Shown in pieces: positions 36,079-45,645 of a DNA stretch of 64,000 nt. The DNA comes from Spirochaetia bacterium (GTDB lineage: Bacteria > Spirochaetota > Spirochaetia > SZUA-6 > Bin103): NCBI GenBank assembly GCA_965199955.1, contig CBDATQ010000001.1, positions 1,408,001-1,472,000 on the forward strand, read 5' to 3'. The notes below the pieces were generated by a model. It searched no databases. It was not told the DNA's origin and worked only from the letters and a program-made list of their open reading frames with translations. Position 1 is the first letter of the stretch. The number at the start of each line of letters is the position of its first letter. The position numbers were made by a program, and so were the translations under genes.

Positions 36079-38270
36079 GGGCCCGGCTCGGCCGGCCGCT
36101 CCCAGATCGACCGCATCTCGTGAACGCGCAGGCGGTCCACGCGCACGGCGCCGCCGGCGGTCCGCAGCAGGACGGCGCCGGCGGTCTGCGGGAAGGCACA
36201 CCGGACCGGCGTGTAGTAGCGGCCGCGCGCGCTGAAGATCTCCAGGAAGATCGTGTCGACGATCAGCCGCAGGTCCAATCGGCCGTCCACCGGGGCCAGC
36301 GGTGCCCGTACGTCGTTGTCCTCCAGCGCCTCGTGGAACTGCAGTTCCATCGCCTGCAGGTCGAGCCGGATCTGTTTCCCCAGGATTTCGAGCGTCAGGG
36401 CGCCGGCGCCGGCCGGCGTCAGCTCCAGCTCGATGTCCAGGAGCCTGCCGGCGGGCCGCACCTCGAGCGGCTCGGCGTCGCTGACCACGGTGCCGTCCGG
36501 TACGCTCGCGGTGTCGAAGCGCAGGCGGTCCAGCTCGGCCACCGGGTTCTGATGGATCCGCAGGCCTTCGTCCTTGCGCCGCAGGGTCAGCTCGATCGGA
36601 AAGCTGATGAGGCTGTTCAGCATCGGGTTCAGGCCGCTGACCTGGCCCTTGGCCACCAGGATGCGCCGGCCGTCCGGCGCGTCGTTGAAGGTCTGTGACG
36701 CGTACAGGCTGCCGTCGGTGTACTTGAAGCGGATGATGTCCGTCTCCGGCACGAAGCGCGTGCCGTCGAACGTGCCCAGGTAGTAGTCGCAGCTCGCGCC
36801 GAAGAACACCCACCTGCTTGTGCCCGGCTCGTCCTGCACGGGAAGCTCGAAGAGCTCCGGGCACTCGTGCATGCCGGGCACCTGGCTCCGGAACTGCCAG
36901 TGCAGCAGATCCGTGGAGGTCATGATGAAGTGCACGTCGTTGTGGATGTAGAGCACCATGACCCAGTGCCTGCCGGGCTGATACCAGAACACTTTCGCGT
37001 CGCGGTTGCCGCGGTCGATGTTGCGGATGACCGGGTTGCCGTCCCAGGGGCGCCAGGTGCGCCCCCGGTCGGTGCTGTAGACGATGCAGACGTCCACCGA
37101 CCGGCCGTGCGACAGCCGGTTGGAGCCGCCGTAGGCGGTGTAGAAGATCACCATCGGCGTGCGGCCGGGGCTGCCCAGGCCGGACGAGTTGTGGTGGTCG
37201 ACCACGCACGAGCCGGACACGGCCACGCCCCGCTCGTCGGGCCAGAGCGTGTCGGGAAGCTCTTCCCAGTGCACGAGGTCGCGGCTGACCGCGTGGCCCC
37301 AACCCCAGTTGCAGTTCGAGTTGCCGGGCGTGACGTTGCACGGCACGTGCTGGTAGTGCAGGTGCCATTCCCCGTCGAACCAGACCAGGCCGTTGGCGTC
37401 CGAGGACGCGCCGCGGCGCGGCGCGTAGTGGAGCAGCGGCCGGCCGGGCTCCCGGTACAGGTCGTCGCAGCCGACCATCCGGTCGCCGATGCGCACGGCC
37501 GCCAGCAGGTCGGTGGCCGGCGGCGCCGCGGCGTCGGCGAGCTCTTCGATGCGCAGCGTCAGGTCCATCCCCTCCCAGGCCGACAGGTCGACCGGCACCC
37601 AGAAGTCCGGATCGTCGAGCGCGATGCTCACGGTGTTGGAGGCGACCGTGTGCCCTCCGCCGGTGAGCTGGATCTCGCGAAAGGGTGAGCGCAGGCCGAC
37701 GGGAAGGTTGAGGAAGCGGTGCCCGGCCCGGAAGCGGCGCTCCGCGAAGGTCGGCAGCGGGAGCGGCGGCGTGTCGGTCTGCGCGATCTGGTCGGCCAGG
37801 ATGTGGCCCCAGGGGCCGGTGTGCTGATCGACGATCTCCACCCGGACCTGCCTGCCCGCCAGGTCGGCAAGGTCGAACCAGTCCCACGCCAGGTGGTCCG
37901 CGCCGTCCGCCTCCCACTGGCTGCGCGGCGCCGTGCGCACGACGTGGCCGTCGTGGACGAGGTTGAGGGCGACGTAGCCGGGGTCGTTGTTGCCGTAGTA
38001 GGTGCGGCGGCCGCCGCCGATCAGGAAACTCAGGTAGCGGCGCTGCGCCGTGAACGGAGGCGAGATCAGCCGGCCGAGCGCGGGGTCGCCGCCGTGAAAG
38101 CTGGAGGCGTAACCGTCGCCGAGATAGCCGGTGACCTCCGTCTGGCCGGGCAGGACGCCGCGCACGGGCGCGGGGCCGAAGGCGGTGCCCTCGACCGTCC
38201 ACCCGCCCCAGTCGTCGCCTTCGAAGTCGGCGAGGAGGATGTCGGGCCGCGTCTGCCTGGGTGCCGCCAT
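36069..38270 (-). CDS. GH32 levanase-like hydrolase with N-terminal extension
   Basis: ADFEG..WTVEGTAFG N-domain, SSDANGLVW, WGHAVSRDLVHW, RDAKV, HECPELF, YASQTF. Confidence 0.85.
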   Translation of the reverse strand: MAAPRQTRPDILLADFEGDDWGGWTVEGTAFGPAPVRGVLPGQTEVTGYLGDGYASSFHGGDPALGRLISPPFTAQRRYLSFLIGGGRRTYYGNNDPGYVALNLVHDGHVVRTAPRSQWEADGADHLAWDWFDLADLAGRQVRVEIVDQHTGPWGHILADQIAQTDTPPLPLPTFAERRFRAGHRFLNLPVGLRSPFREIQLTGGGHTVASNTVSIALDDPDFWVPVDLSAWEGMDLTLRIEELADAAAPPATDLLAAVRIGDRMVGCDDLYREPGRPLLHYAPRRGASSDANGLVWFDGEWHLHYQHVPCNVTPGNSNCNWGWGHAVSRDLVHWEELPDTLWPDERGVAVSGSCVVDHHNSSGLGSPGRTPMVIFYTAYGGSNRLSHGRSVDVCIVYSTDRGRTWRPWDGNPVIRNIDRGNRDAKVFWYQPGRHWVMVLYIHNDVHFIMTSTDLLHWQFRSQVPGMHECPELFELPVQDEPGTSRWVFFGASCDYYLGTFDGTRFVPETDIIRFKYTDGSLYASQTFNDAPDGRRILVAKGQVSGLNPMLNSLISFPIELTLRRKDEGLRIHQNPVAELDRLRFDTASVPDGTVVSDAEPLEVRPAGRLLDIELELTPAGAGALTLEILGKQIRLDLQAMELQFHEALEDNDVRAPLAPVDGRLDLRLIVDTIFLEIFSARGRYYTPVRCAFPQTAGAVLLRTAGGAVRVDRLRVHEMRSIWERPAEPGPQA

Positions 38271-38312
38271 CAACTGTCGCCGGCCGGACGGTGCAATGGC
38301 CGCCCGGTGCGG

Positions 38313-38533
38313 TCAAGCACGGTGGTCCGTCGCACACTGAACCGCATCGGGGTTTGCCGCGACGCCGATGGTCGCCCCAGCGTCGTCGATGCCGAGCACC
38401 AGGAGGCCGCCGGCGCCATTTGCGAAAGCACACAGCGTCCTGCCGACGCCCGCATGTCGTCGACGCCGCGCTTGAACTCGGTAGCGGCATCCTCTCCCGC
38501 GTGGACACGCCGCTCGACCTCGGCCCACTCCAT
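38313..38533 (-). pseudogene. AlbA_2 (Schlafen-like) DNA-binding domain fragment
   Basis: MEWAEVERRVHAGEDAATEFKRG, frameshift near 38450, then VGRTLCAFANGAGGLLVLGIDDAG, then truncated. Confidence 0.8.
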
Positions 38534-38654
38534 CGTCGTCCGTGTCGGAGCATACCAGCAGCCCGGCCGGGTGATCGTCGTTGCGGGGTCAGGCAACCCT
38601 TGCCGGATGCGACATTCGCGTATACACAGAGGCCGCGCAGGAGGTCGCTACATC

Positions 38655-40757
38655 GTGCATGACGACAGGAACGACACCCCGGTGGTCCTCGATAGCCCGG
38701 AGCTGCAAGTAGAGCTGGATCCGAACCTGCCGCTGGTGAGGGGGTATCGCCACCTCCCGACCGGCCGCGCCTTCGGAGGCAGTCACGACGGGACGCTGCG
38801 CGTGAACGGAGCCGAGTTCCGCATGAGCGACCTGGAGATCGAGCCGCGCGCCATCCCCGACGGCCGCTGCTACGGCGTCTCGGTTCCCGAGCAGCGGATC
38901 GCGTTCGAGCTGGCTTTTACGCTTGCCGGTGCCACGCTGTCGCTGAGGATGCAGGACATCGACGACGAGCGCACGCCGCTTGCGAGCCTGCAGTGGGTGG
39001 ACAGTCCCCTGCTGGTCTGCGACGCCCCGGCGCTCCGCTTCTTTCGCATGTTCACGACCGAGCCCGACCAGAAAGCGATGGGCAAGATGTGGCTCCGCGA
39101 CGCCGACGGCGCCGTTCGCGACGCGCCGGACGAGGCCGAGCCGGTGCCGCTGATCTACGGCGCGCTCTACCAGCCGGAATCGGTCTGCGCGTTCCTGCAC
39201 TCCAACTACCCGTTGTTTCCGCAGTCCCATCGGATCACCGCAGGGCGGTGCGAGATTCACCTGGGCGATTACCGGCATCGGGTGCGCGACCGCGTGGTGC
39301 CGCCGCTGGAGGCTGACATCGTCTTCCTGGGCGATATCAATCAGGACGGGAGGGTGGACGCCAGCGACTACCGCCTGTGGCTCAACCGCCGGCTGCCCGA
39401 CGGCGATTCCGTGTATCGGACGTCGCTCTGGTACAAGATCCTCTGCGACATGAGCGGCCACTATCCCAAGGTGGGCGTGACCGCGACGATCGAGGAGTCC
39501 GAGCGGATCATCCGCTCGATCCATCACGTGACCGACGGCCTCCCGCAGGCCGTCTTCATGACCAACTGGAACGCCCAGCAGCCCGAAGCCGCGTACCCGG
39601 CGCTCGACCTGTACAACCACAACATCGGCACCCCGGAGGAGCTGCGCGCGCTGGCGGCGACCTGCAAGGAGCTGGGCGGACTGCTCAGCTACCACACGAA
39701 CATCGACGATGCCCACCTCACCAGCAAGGACTATGACGAGGCGCTCCTGGGCCGCCGCTACGATCCGCACGGCACGGTGTGGGACGAGAACGGCGAGGCC
39801 TGGGACGAATCGGTCATTGCCGGCATATCCCACACCCGCGACGTGGAGAGCGGGGCGATCTTCCGCCGCCTGGAGGCGATGATGCGGGTGATCCCGGTGG
39901 AGCGGACGATCCACATGGACAACATCCGGCTTACCAACTGCGACCCGGACGCCGACCCGGACGACATCGGCGTCACCGAGGAGCTGGTGTGCGGCATGCT
40001 GCCGATCGTGGAGTGGCTCCGCGACCGCGGCATCAGCGTGTCGGGTGAGGGCTACAACGGCCTGCCGATCGACCCGACGCTGCTGAACGCCGCGTTCTGG
40101 CACCACGACGCGAGCGACCTCTCGCGGCAGATCTTCCACCGCAAGGTGATGGGCGGCGGGCGCGGCGACCACTACGGCGGCGCGACGACCATGGACTACG
40201 GTATCTGCAAGTCCATCCACCAGGACATCACGTACCGCCCGGTCAGCGTCTCCGCGCTCGGCAAGGAGACGTACCTGGAGTACTTCCCGTGGCTGCATGA
40301 CCACGAGCGGGCGACCCTGTCGTTCCTGGAAAATTGGGACCTGATCGTGGATCGGATCTACCGGGGATCGCTGCTCAACCTCTTCTACCTGGAGCGGGAG
40401 ATGCTGTCGTGGGACAGAGTGGGTGACGGCGCCCGGGTCCGTTATGCGGGCGGCGTGGAAGCGCAGGTGTGCATCGACGGGCCGGATCACCTGCGTGTGA
40501 CCTGGGGCGACGTGGTGGTCGCCGATGGCGATGACCGGTTCGTGCCGCTCGGCGACGGCGTGTACTGCTACAGCCTGCTCGGCGGACGCCGCGACTGGAC
40601 GCTGCCGCCGGGGCTTCGCGGGCGGAAATTGGCGCTCTACAGCCTGAGCGCCGACGGGCGGGGACCGGCGCCCGAGCACGCGGTGGACAGGGATTACCTG
40701 ACCCTGACGCTGGCCGCCGGTGTTCCGGTCAAGGTGACCGCCGCCGGATCCGCCTGA
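38655..40757 (+). CDS. GH101-like protein, copy C (divergent)
   Basis: CAFLHSNYP, DINQDGRVDASD, SYHTNIDDA, IHMDN, SGEG, VDRIYRGSLL. GTG after AGGAGG. Confidence 0.7.
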   Translation: MHDDRNDTPVVLDSPELQVELDPNLPLVRGYRHLPTGRAFGGSHDGTLRVNGAEFRMSDLEIEPRAIPDGRCYGVSVPEQRIAFELAFTLAGATLSLRMQDIDDERTPLASLQWVDSPLLVCDAPALRFFRMFTTEPDQKAMGKMWLRDADGAVRDAPDEAEPVPLIYGALYQPESVCAFLHSNYPLFPQSHRITAGRCEIHLGDYRHRVRDRVVPPLEADIVFLGDINQDGRVDASDYRLWLNRRLPDGDSVYRTSLWYKILCDMSGHYPKVGVTATIEESERIIRSIHHVTDGLPQAVFMTNWNAQQPEAAYPALDLYNHNIGTPEELRALAATCKELGGLLSYHTNIDDAHLTSKDYDEALLGRRYDPHGTVWDENGEAWDESVIAGISHTRDVESGAIFRRLEAMMRVIPVERTIHMDNIRLTNCDPDADPDDIGVTEELVCGMLPIVEWLRDRGISVSGEGYNGLPIDPTLLNAAFWHHDASDLSRQIFHRKVMGGGRGDHYGGATTMDYGICKSIHQDITYRPVSVSALGKETYLEYFPWLHDHERATLSFLENWDLIVDRIYRGSLLNLFYLEREMLSWDRVGDGARVRYAGGVEAQVCIDGPDHLRVTWGDVVVADGDDRFVPLGDGVYCYSLLGGRRDWTLPPGLRGRKLALYSLSADGRGPAPEHAVDRDYLTLTLAAGVPVKVTAAGSA

Positions 40758-42097
40758 TGGCGACTCGGGCGGGCGGCGTCCCGGTCCCGGCCAATCCCAG
40801 CTCGCCGCTGCACTTCCGGCCCGCGCGCGGCAGGATATGCGACACCATCCCGTTCTTCGACGACGGCGAATACCACATCTTCTACATCCGCTGTGACACC
40901 GAGGGCGGGTTGCCGTGGGACCACATCGTCTCCCGCGACCTCGTGCACTGGCACGAGCTGCCCACCGCCCTGGAGCGGGATCCGAACGACCCGCACGGCC
41001 CGGACGGACGGGACATGTTCACCGGTTGCGTCGTCGAGTACGACGGCGTGTTCCACATCTTCTACACCGGCCACAACCCGGTGAACCCCGACGGCGCCGA
41101 GATCATCTGCCACGCCACCAGCGACGATCTGGTGACCTGGCACAAGCACCGCGAGCACTGCTTCGCCCCGGACGGCGCCGTCTACCATCCGTGCGACTTC
41201 CGCGATCCGTTCGTGTTCCGGCACGAGGAGTCCGGTGAGTGGTGGATGCTGCTGTGCGCCGGGTTGGCCGGCTCGGACTGCTCCGGCATCGGCCGGCTGG
41301 TATCGACCGACCTGGTGTCCTGGAAGCCGGCGGAGCCGCTACTGCTCGACCCGCCGTTGCTGGAGGGCGAGACCGGAGCACCCGAGTGCCCGGACCTGTT
41401 CCGCATCGGCGACTACTGGCATCTGCTCTACACGCGGCGGGGGCAGAACATCCGCCGCGCGCGCCACGTCGACGGACCCTTCATGCACGGGGTTCCGTCC
41501 CAGCTCGACAACACCCTGCTGCTGGCCGGAAAGCGCCTGTTCGACGGCACGCGCCACATCTACTTCGGTCCGCTGTTCGGAGACCACAACGATTCGGTGA
41601 TGAACCTCCCGCGCGAGCTCTTCCAGGGCGACGACGGCCATCTGCGCGTTCGTCCGGTCCGGGAAGTGGTGGACTTCTTCGTCGCAGTCGTCCACGAGTC
41701 GGCGGACGGCGGTTTCGACCTGCCTGCAACCGGCTATCGTTGCCCGGTGCCCGCGGACTGCCTGGTGCGGTGCTCGGTCGAGCTCGCGGAGGACACAACC
41801 CTCACCATCGGCCTGCGCGCCGACGCCGACGGCAGCGGCGGCATCCCGGTCACGGTCCATGCCGGCCGCCGTTCGCTGGAGATCGGCCCGTACCACCGGA
41901 GCTGGGGCGACGCCGCGCTGCCGGTTATCACGTTGCAGATCTTCGTGCTCGGCACGGTCATCGAGTGCTTTCTCGACGACCGCCTGGCCATGGTCGGGCG
42001 CACCTACGAACGAAGCGGCGGCTACCTGTCGATCGCCAGCCACGGAGGCGCGGCCCGAGTGCTCGCGCTTGAGGTACGCGAAGCGCCCGACGCGTGA
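40757..42097 (+). CDS. GH32-like hydrolase
   Basis: ICDTIPF, WDHIVSRDLVHW, FTGCVV, FRDPFV, ECPDLF. Confidence 0.82.
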   Translation: MATRAGGVPVPANPSSPLHFRPARGRICDTIPFFDDGEYHIFYIRCDTEGGLPWDHIVSRDLVHWHELPTALERDPNDPHGPDGRDMFTGCVVEYDGVFHIFYTGHNPVNPDGAEIICHATSDDLVTWHKHREHCFAPDGAVYHPCDFRDPFVFRHEESGEWWMLLCAGLAGSDCSGIGRLVSTDLVSWKPAEPLLLDPPLLEGETGAPECPDLFRIGDYWHLLYTRRGQNIRRARHVDGPFMHGVPSQLDNTLLLAGKRLFDGTRHIYFGPLFGDHNDSVMNLPRELFQGDDGHLRVRPVREVVDFFVAVVHESADGGFDLPATGYRCPVPADCLVRCSVELAEDTTLTIGLRADADGSGGIPVTVHAGRRSLEIGPYHRSWGDAALPVITLQIFVLGTVIECFLDDRLAMVGRTYERSGGYLSIASHGGAARVLALEVREAPDA

Positions 42098-42163
42098 GCG
42101 TCCCGCGGAATCGCCGAGCGGCCTCCCCGGCGGTGCGGCTCGCAGCGAGCGTTCAAAGTCGAG

Positions 42164-42483
42164 CTATTCGCTCTGCAACAGCCTCCTGACCGGTGCGACC
42201 CCCGCGGTTCGGTGCCACGCTCGCGCAGACATGAGCCCCACGAGTCGAGGTAGTCCTTGAACGACGGATCTGCGTTCGGGTCCCAGTGGTTCAGGTGGCC
42301 GCAATCCCGCCAGACGGTTGGGTCCGCTTGGAACGAGTCCAGCAGTGCGACGGCGACCGTCCCGCACAGATCGCGCTCATAGGGATTTGCTTCCAGTCTC
42401 GGGCCGGCTTCCGTAAACCACTCGGGAAGACGGTCGCGGCTGATCCGAGGATATCGTGCTGCGGTACGCTCGGCGTACGTCAT
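42164..42483 (-). pseudogene. Possible 3' fragment of a hypothetical gene
   Basis: Protein-like stretch YAERTAARYP...LPEWF...LEANPYERDLCGTVAVALL...FKDYLDSW, with an apparent terminal frameshift; family not identified. Confidence 0.35.
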
Positions 42484-42553
42484 CCTAACCCGGCCGGCCG
42501 TGCTACCGTGCGCGCTATCGCCCGTCATGGGCGGAACCAGGCGAGGGGAGATC

Positions 42554-43375
42554 ATGCCGCGAGTGAGCGTTGACGAGGCGATCCGGCGGGTCGCCGTCGA
42601 GGGCTGGTGCGTCCTGGACTCGGTGATCCCGCCGGGCGAGGTGGACGGCGTGCGCGACGCCGTGCTTGCCGTGTCGCGGCGGGAGCGGGACGCGGACAAG
42701 CCGCGCATCGGCATCGGCGGGCTGATCGCCAAGACGCAGGCGTTCGCGCCGTACGTCGCCGAGGAGCGGCTGCTCGGCGTGGCCCACGCGCGGCTCGGCA
42801 CGCCGGTGCGCATCTCGATGACACACGGCATCGTCACCGCGCCCGGCTACGGCCGCGCCAACTGGCACGGCGACTGGCCGTTCAGCCTGCGGCAGGACCA
42901 GAAGGTCCTGCACCCGTACCCGATCGACGCGCCGATGCACATCACCACCCTCTGGGCGCTCACCGAGTTCAGCGCCGCCACCGGCGGCACCGCGATCGTC
43001 CCGGGCAGCCACCGCTTCGGGAACAATCCTTCGGGCGACAACGGCTACGGCGAGCACGCGCCGGTTCCGTCGGAGCTGCAGCCGCACATGGACCCGGGCG
43101 ACGTGCTGATGATCGACAGCCGCGTCTGGCACACGAACGGCGACAACATCAGCGACCGCACGCGCGTCGGCATGGCGGTCCGCTATGCGCCGTGGTGGTA
43201 CAACATCCACGTGCTGACCGCCGGCATCCGCCAGTACGAGGAGACGGCGGCCGAACGCGGACTGCGCGCCGACGACGTGATCCCGATCACGCCCGAGCAG
43301 TACGAGTCGCTGCCGGACGCGGTCAAGCCGTTGCTGCGCCACATCGTCGTCGGCCAGAAGGTCCGGGCGGCATGA
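42554..43375 (+). CDS. PhyH family dioxygenase
   Basis: EGWCVLDSVIP, WHGDWPF, VPGSH, DSRVWH, RYAPWW. Confidence 0.9.
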   Translation: MPRVSVDEAIRRVAVEGWCVLDSVIPPGEVDGVRDAVLAVSRRERDADKPRIGIGGLIAKTQAFAPYVAEERLLGVAHARLGTPVRISMTHGIVTAPGYGRANWHGDWPFSLRQDQKVLHPYPIDAPMHITTLWALTEFSAATGGTAIVPGSHRFGNNPSGDNGYGEHAPVPSELQPHMDPGDVLMIDSRVWHTNGDNISDRTRVGMAVRYAPWWYNIHVLTAGIRQYEETAAERGLRADDVIPITPEQYESLPDAVKPLLRHIVVGQKVRAA

Positions 43376-44211
43376 GTGACACCGCCGTCGCCCACACCGT
43401 CGGCGCCGAGGAGGCGCTCCGCCGCGTGCGGACCGAGGGCTGGTGCGTGATCGACGGCGTCATTCCGCAGGACGAGCTGGCCGAGGTGGTCGGCAGCGTC
43501 TCCGCCACCCTGGGCGGCCGTTCCGAGTTGCGCGGCCTGATCGCCTGCGACAGCTCGTTCGCGCCCTACTTGGTCGACGAGCGGCTCACTGCGATCGCCG
43601 AGGGAATGTTCGGCCCCGCGTCGCGCATCGCCAGAACTGACGCCTTCGCGGCCGAGCCCTGCGCCGCCTACAGCGGCTGGCACGCCGACTGGCCGTTCTC
43701 CGGCGACGACAGCTATCGGGTGGCCGTGCCGTACGGTGACCTGGCCATGGCGGTGACCACCCTCTGGATGCTCACCGATTCTCCCGCGGGCGCAGGCGCC
43801 ACGGTGATCGCCTCCGGCAGCCACCGCACGCACGACAACCCGGCCGTCGCGCCCGGTTACGCCGCCGACGCGGAGATCGCTTCGCAGATGCTCCCGGAGG
43901 TCCCAGCCGGCAGCGTGCTGGCGTTCGACAGCCGCCTGTGGCACCGGACCACAGCCAACACGGGTGCCGAACGGCGTTTGTGGCTCGACATCCAGTACGT
44001 GCCATGGTGGCTGGACGTCACCAGCATGATTCCCGGGCTCGCGGACTACGAGACGCGCGCCGAGGGGCTCGCCTACCGGCCCGTGGAGATCCGCCCGCTT
44101 GACGAGGCTTCCTTCGGGGCACTGCCGGACGAGGTGAAGCCGCTGTTCGACCACCTGCTCCTCGATCAGGGGGTGATCGCCTGGCATCCGGACGCACCGG
44201 CGTCCTCCTGA
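43372..44211 (+). CDS. PhyH family dioxygenase (tandem paralogue)
   Basis: ATGA overlap; EGWCVIDGVIP, WHADWPF, SGSH, DSRLWH, QYVPWW. Confidence 0.9.
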   Translation: MSDTAVAHTVGAEEALRRVRTEGWCVIDGVIPQDELAEVVGSVSATLGGRSELRGLIACDSSFAPYLVDERLTAIAEGMFGPASRIARTDAFAAEPCAAYSGWHADWPFSGDDSYRVAVPYGDLAMAVTTLWMLTDSPAGAGATVIASGSHRTHDNPAVAPGYAADAEIASQMLPEVPAGSVLAFDSRLWHRTTANTGAERRLWLDIQYVPWWLDVTSMIPGLADYETRAEGLAYRPVEIRPLDEASFGALPDEVKPLFDHLLLDQGVIAWHPDAPASS

Positions 44212-44271
44212 AGTCGACGCATCGGGGACTGAACGAACCGGTGGACCGAAAACGGTCCTCCTCTGCCACCG

Positions 44272-45447
44272 TCACAGCCGCCCAGAGGCGGCAGCGCGGT
44301 CCAGGCGCCACACGTCCCCCGGACGCCACGCACTCTCCACGCGGTGAGTGAAGTCCCGCTTGCTCAGCTCTACCTGCTCCGCCGAGATGGTTACCGCGCT
44401 TCCCGCGGCGAGAAACAGTGCATCCCGGTGGACGTGAACGGCACATGCGTGGCGCCGGCTCCAGGGCGTGGCTGTCAGTTCCTCCCATCGTTCGCCGTCC
44501 GCGGAATACCACACGTCATTGCGATTGCCGTCGGTCCAAACCTCAGCCGGGTGGTCCGCCACTCCTCGGTGTCCGCCTAACACCCAAAGCTTGCCGTCCC
44601 ACGCCGCGGTATCGTGATAGGACCGTGCCGGCCAGGGAGCTTCTCCCTCCGCAAGGTGACGGGCCCATTCGTGTCCGTCTGCCGACGACCACACATCGTT
44701 GTGGTACAGGCGTGCCTTCAGTCGTGGCTGCTGCTCCAGGTCGTAGCGCAGTGAGCTCAGCGTGGTCCCGCCCGTCCCGACGTATCCCCCGCCCAAGATC
44801 CACATTCGATCGTGGAGCACGGCAACGCCGCCATTCGCGCCGGTGATCATGCCCCTGGGGGCCCACGGCGCGCTGTCCGTCACCAGCTCCCAGCTCAGAC
44901 CGTCCTGCGTCCGCCAGACGTCGCGCAACGGTGGACGCGCCGGCGGAAAGGGTTTCCCGGCCTTCAGGTCCGCCACGAAGTTGGTCTGAGCGGGTACGCT
45001 GGCCTGGCCACCCATGACCCAGATCGAGCCGTCGAAGACGGTGACCATCTGGTTGCTGCGCTCCTGCCAAGGTACGGTTGACGCGACGAGTTCCCAATTC
45101 ACGCCATCGTTGGATTTCCACACGTCGTCGGGGGTCCCGCCCTCGGCCCCGACAATCCAGATGTGATCATCGTGCGCGACGGCCCCGTGCATGTGCCGCC
45201 CGCTCCATGGCGCGGTGGCCGCCAACGACCAGCTTCCACCATCGTCATCCGAGCACCACACCTCCGAGCACACTTCCGACTCGAAAGAGCCGGCGCCGGC
45301 GCCGGCGAGATCGGGCCTCGCGCCCGCGTACTGGTTCCATCCACCCAGGAGAAAGAGCTTGTCCCGGAAGGAGACGAGCTGTGCCCCGTCGCGAGGCGCC
45401 CATGGCACCTCCGCGCTCACACAATTCCAACGGTATGCGGTGCTCAT
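44272..45447 (-). CDS. Kelch-like beta-propeller repeat protein
   Basis: About six repeats of PWxxR...(W/F)xxGG...(D/E)VWxSxDGxxW. Confidence 0.75.
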   Translation of the reverse strand: MSTAYRWNCVSAEVPWAPRDGAQLVSFRDKLFLLGGWNQYAGARPDLAGAGAGSFESEVCSEVWCSDDDGGSWSLAATAPWSGRHMHGAVAHDDHIWIVGAEGGTPDDVWKSNDGVNWELVASTVPWQERSNQMVTVFDGSIWVMGGQASVPAQTNFVADLKAGKPFPPARPPLRDVWRTQDGLSWELVTDSAPWAPRGMITGANGGVAVLHDRMWILGGGYVGTGGTTLSSLRYDLEQQPRLKARLYHNDVWSSADGHEWARHLAEGEAPWPARSYHDTAAWDGKLWVLGGHRGVADHPAEVWTDGNRNDVWYSADGERWEELTATPWSRRHACAVHVHRDALFLAAGSAVTISAEQVELSKRDFTHRVESAWRPGDVWRLDRAAASGRL

Positions 45448-45501
45448 CGGTTCTCCTCGATCCAGCTTGAGCACCGACTCGGAGGTCGTGTCAATGGGTG
45501 C

Positions 45502-45583
45502 GTATCGCTTCGCCGCGTCGGTCCGTACCCGCAGCGCCGCGAACGGGGACTCGATCACGTCGTTCGTCCGCAGGTGCCGCCGG
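45502..45583 (-). mobile_element. IS256-family transposase remnant
   Basis: Translates to RRHLRTNDVIESPFAALRVRTDAAKRY, resembling the mutator-type C-terminal motif HLRTTNxxESxF as I recall it. Confidence 0.7.
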
Positions 45584-45645
45584 TCCGTTCGTCCAGTTCG
45601 TGCAGCCGCCGTACCTTCTGGCTGGCGGGAGCCGTGGAGGGAACG

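Noticed and set aside
37719..38654. N-terminal extensions in the ORF track (37719, also 15164-17740, 11053-12342, 45163, 49661, 56881)
   Set aside because: They overlap real genes; internal starts with RBS or stop overlap and paralogue alignment give the true starts.
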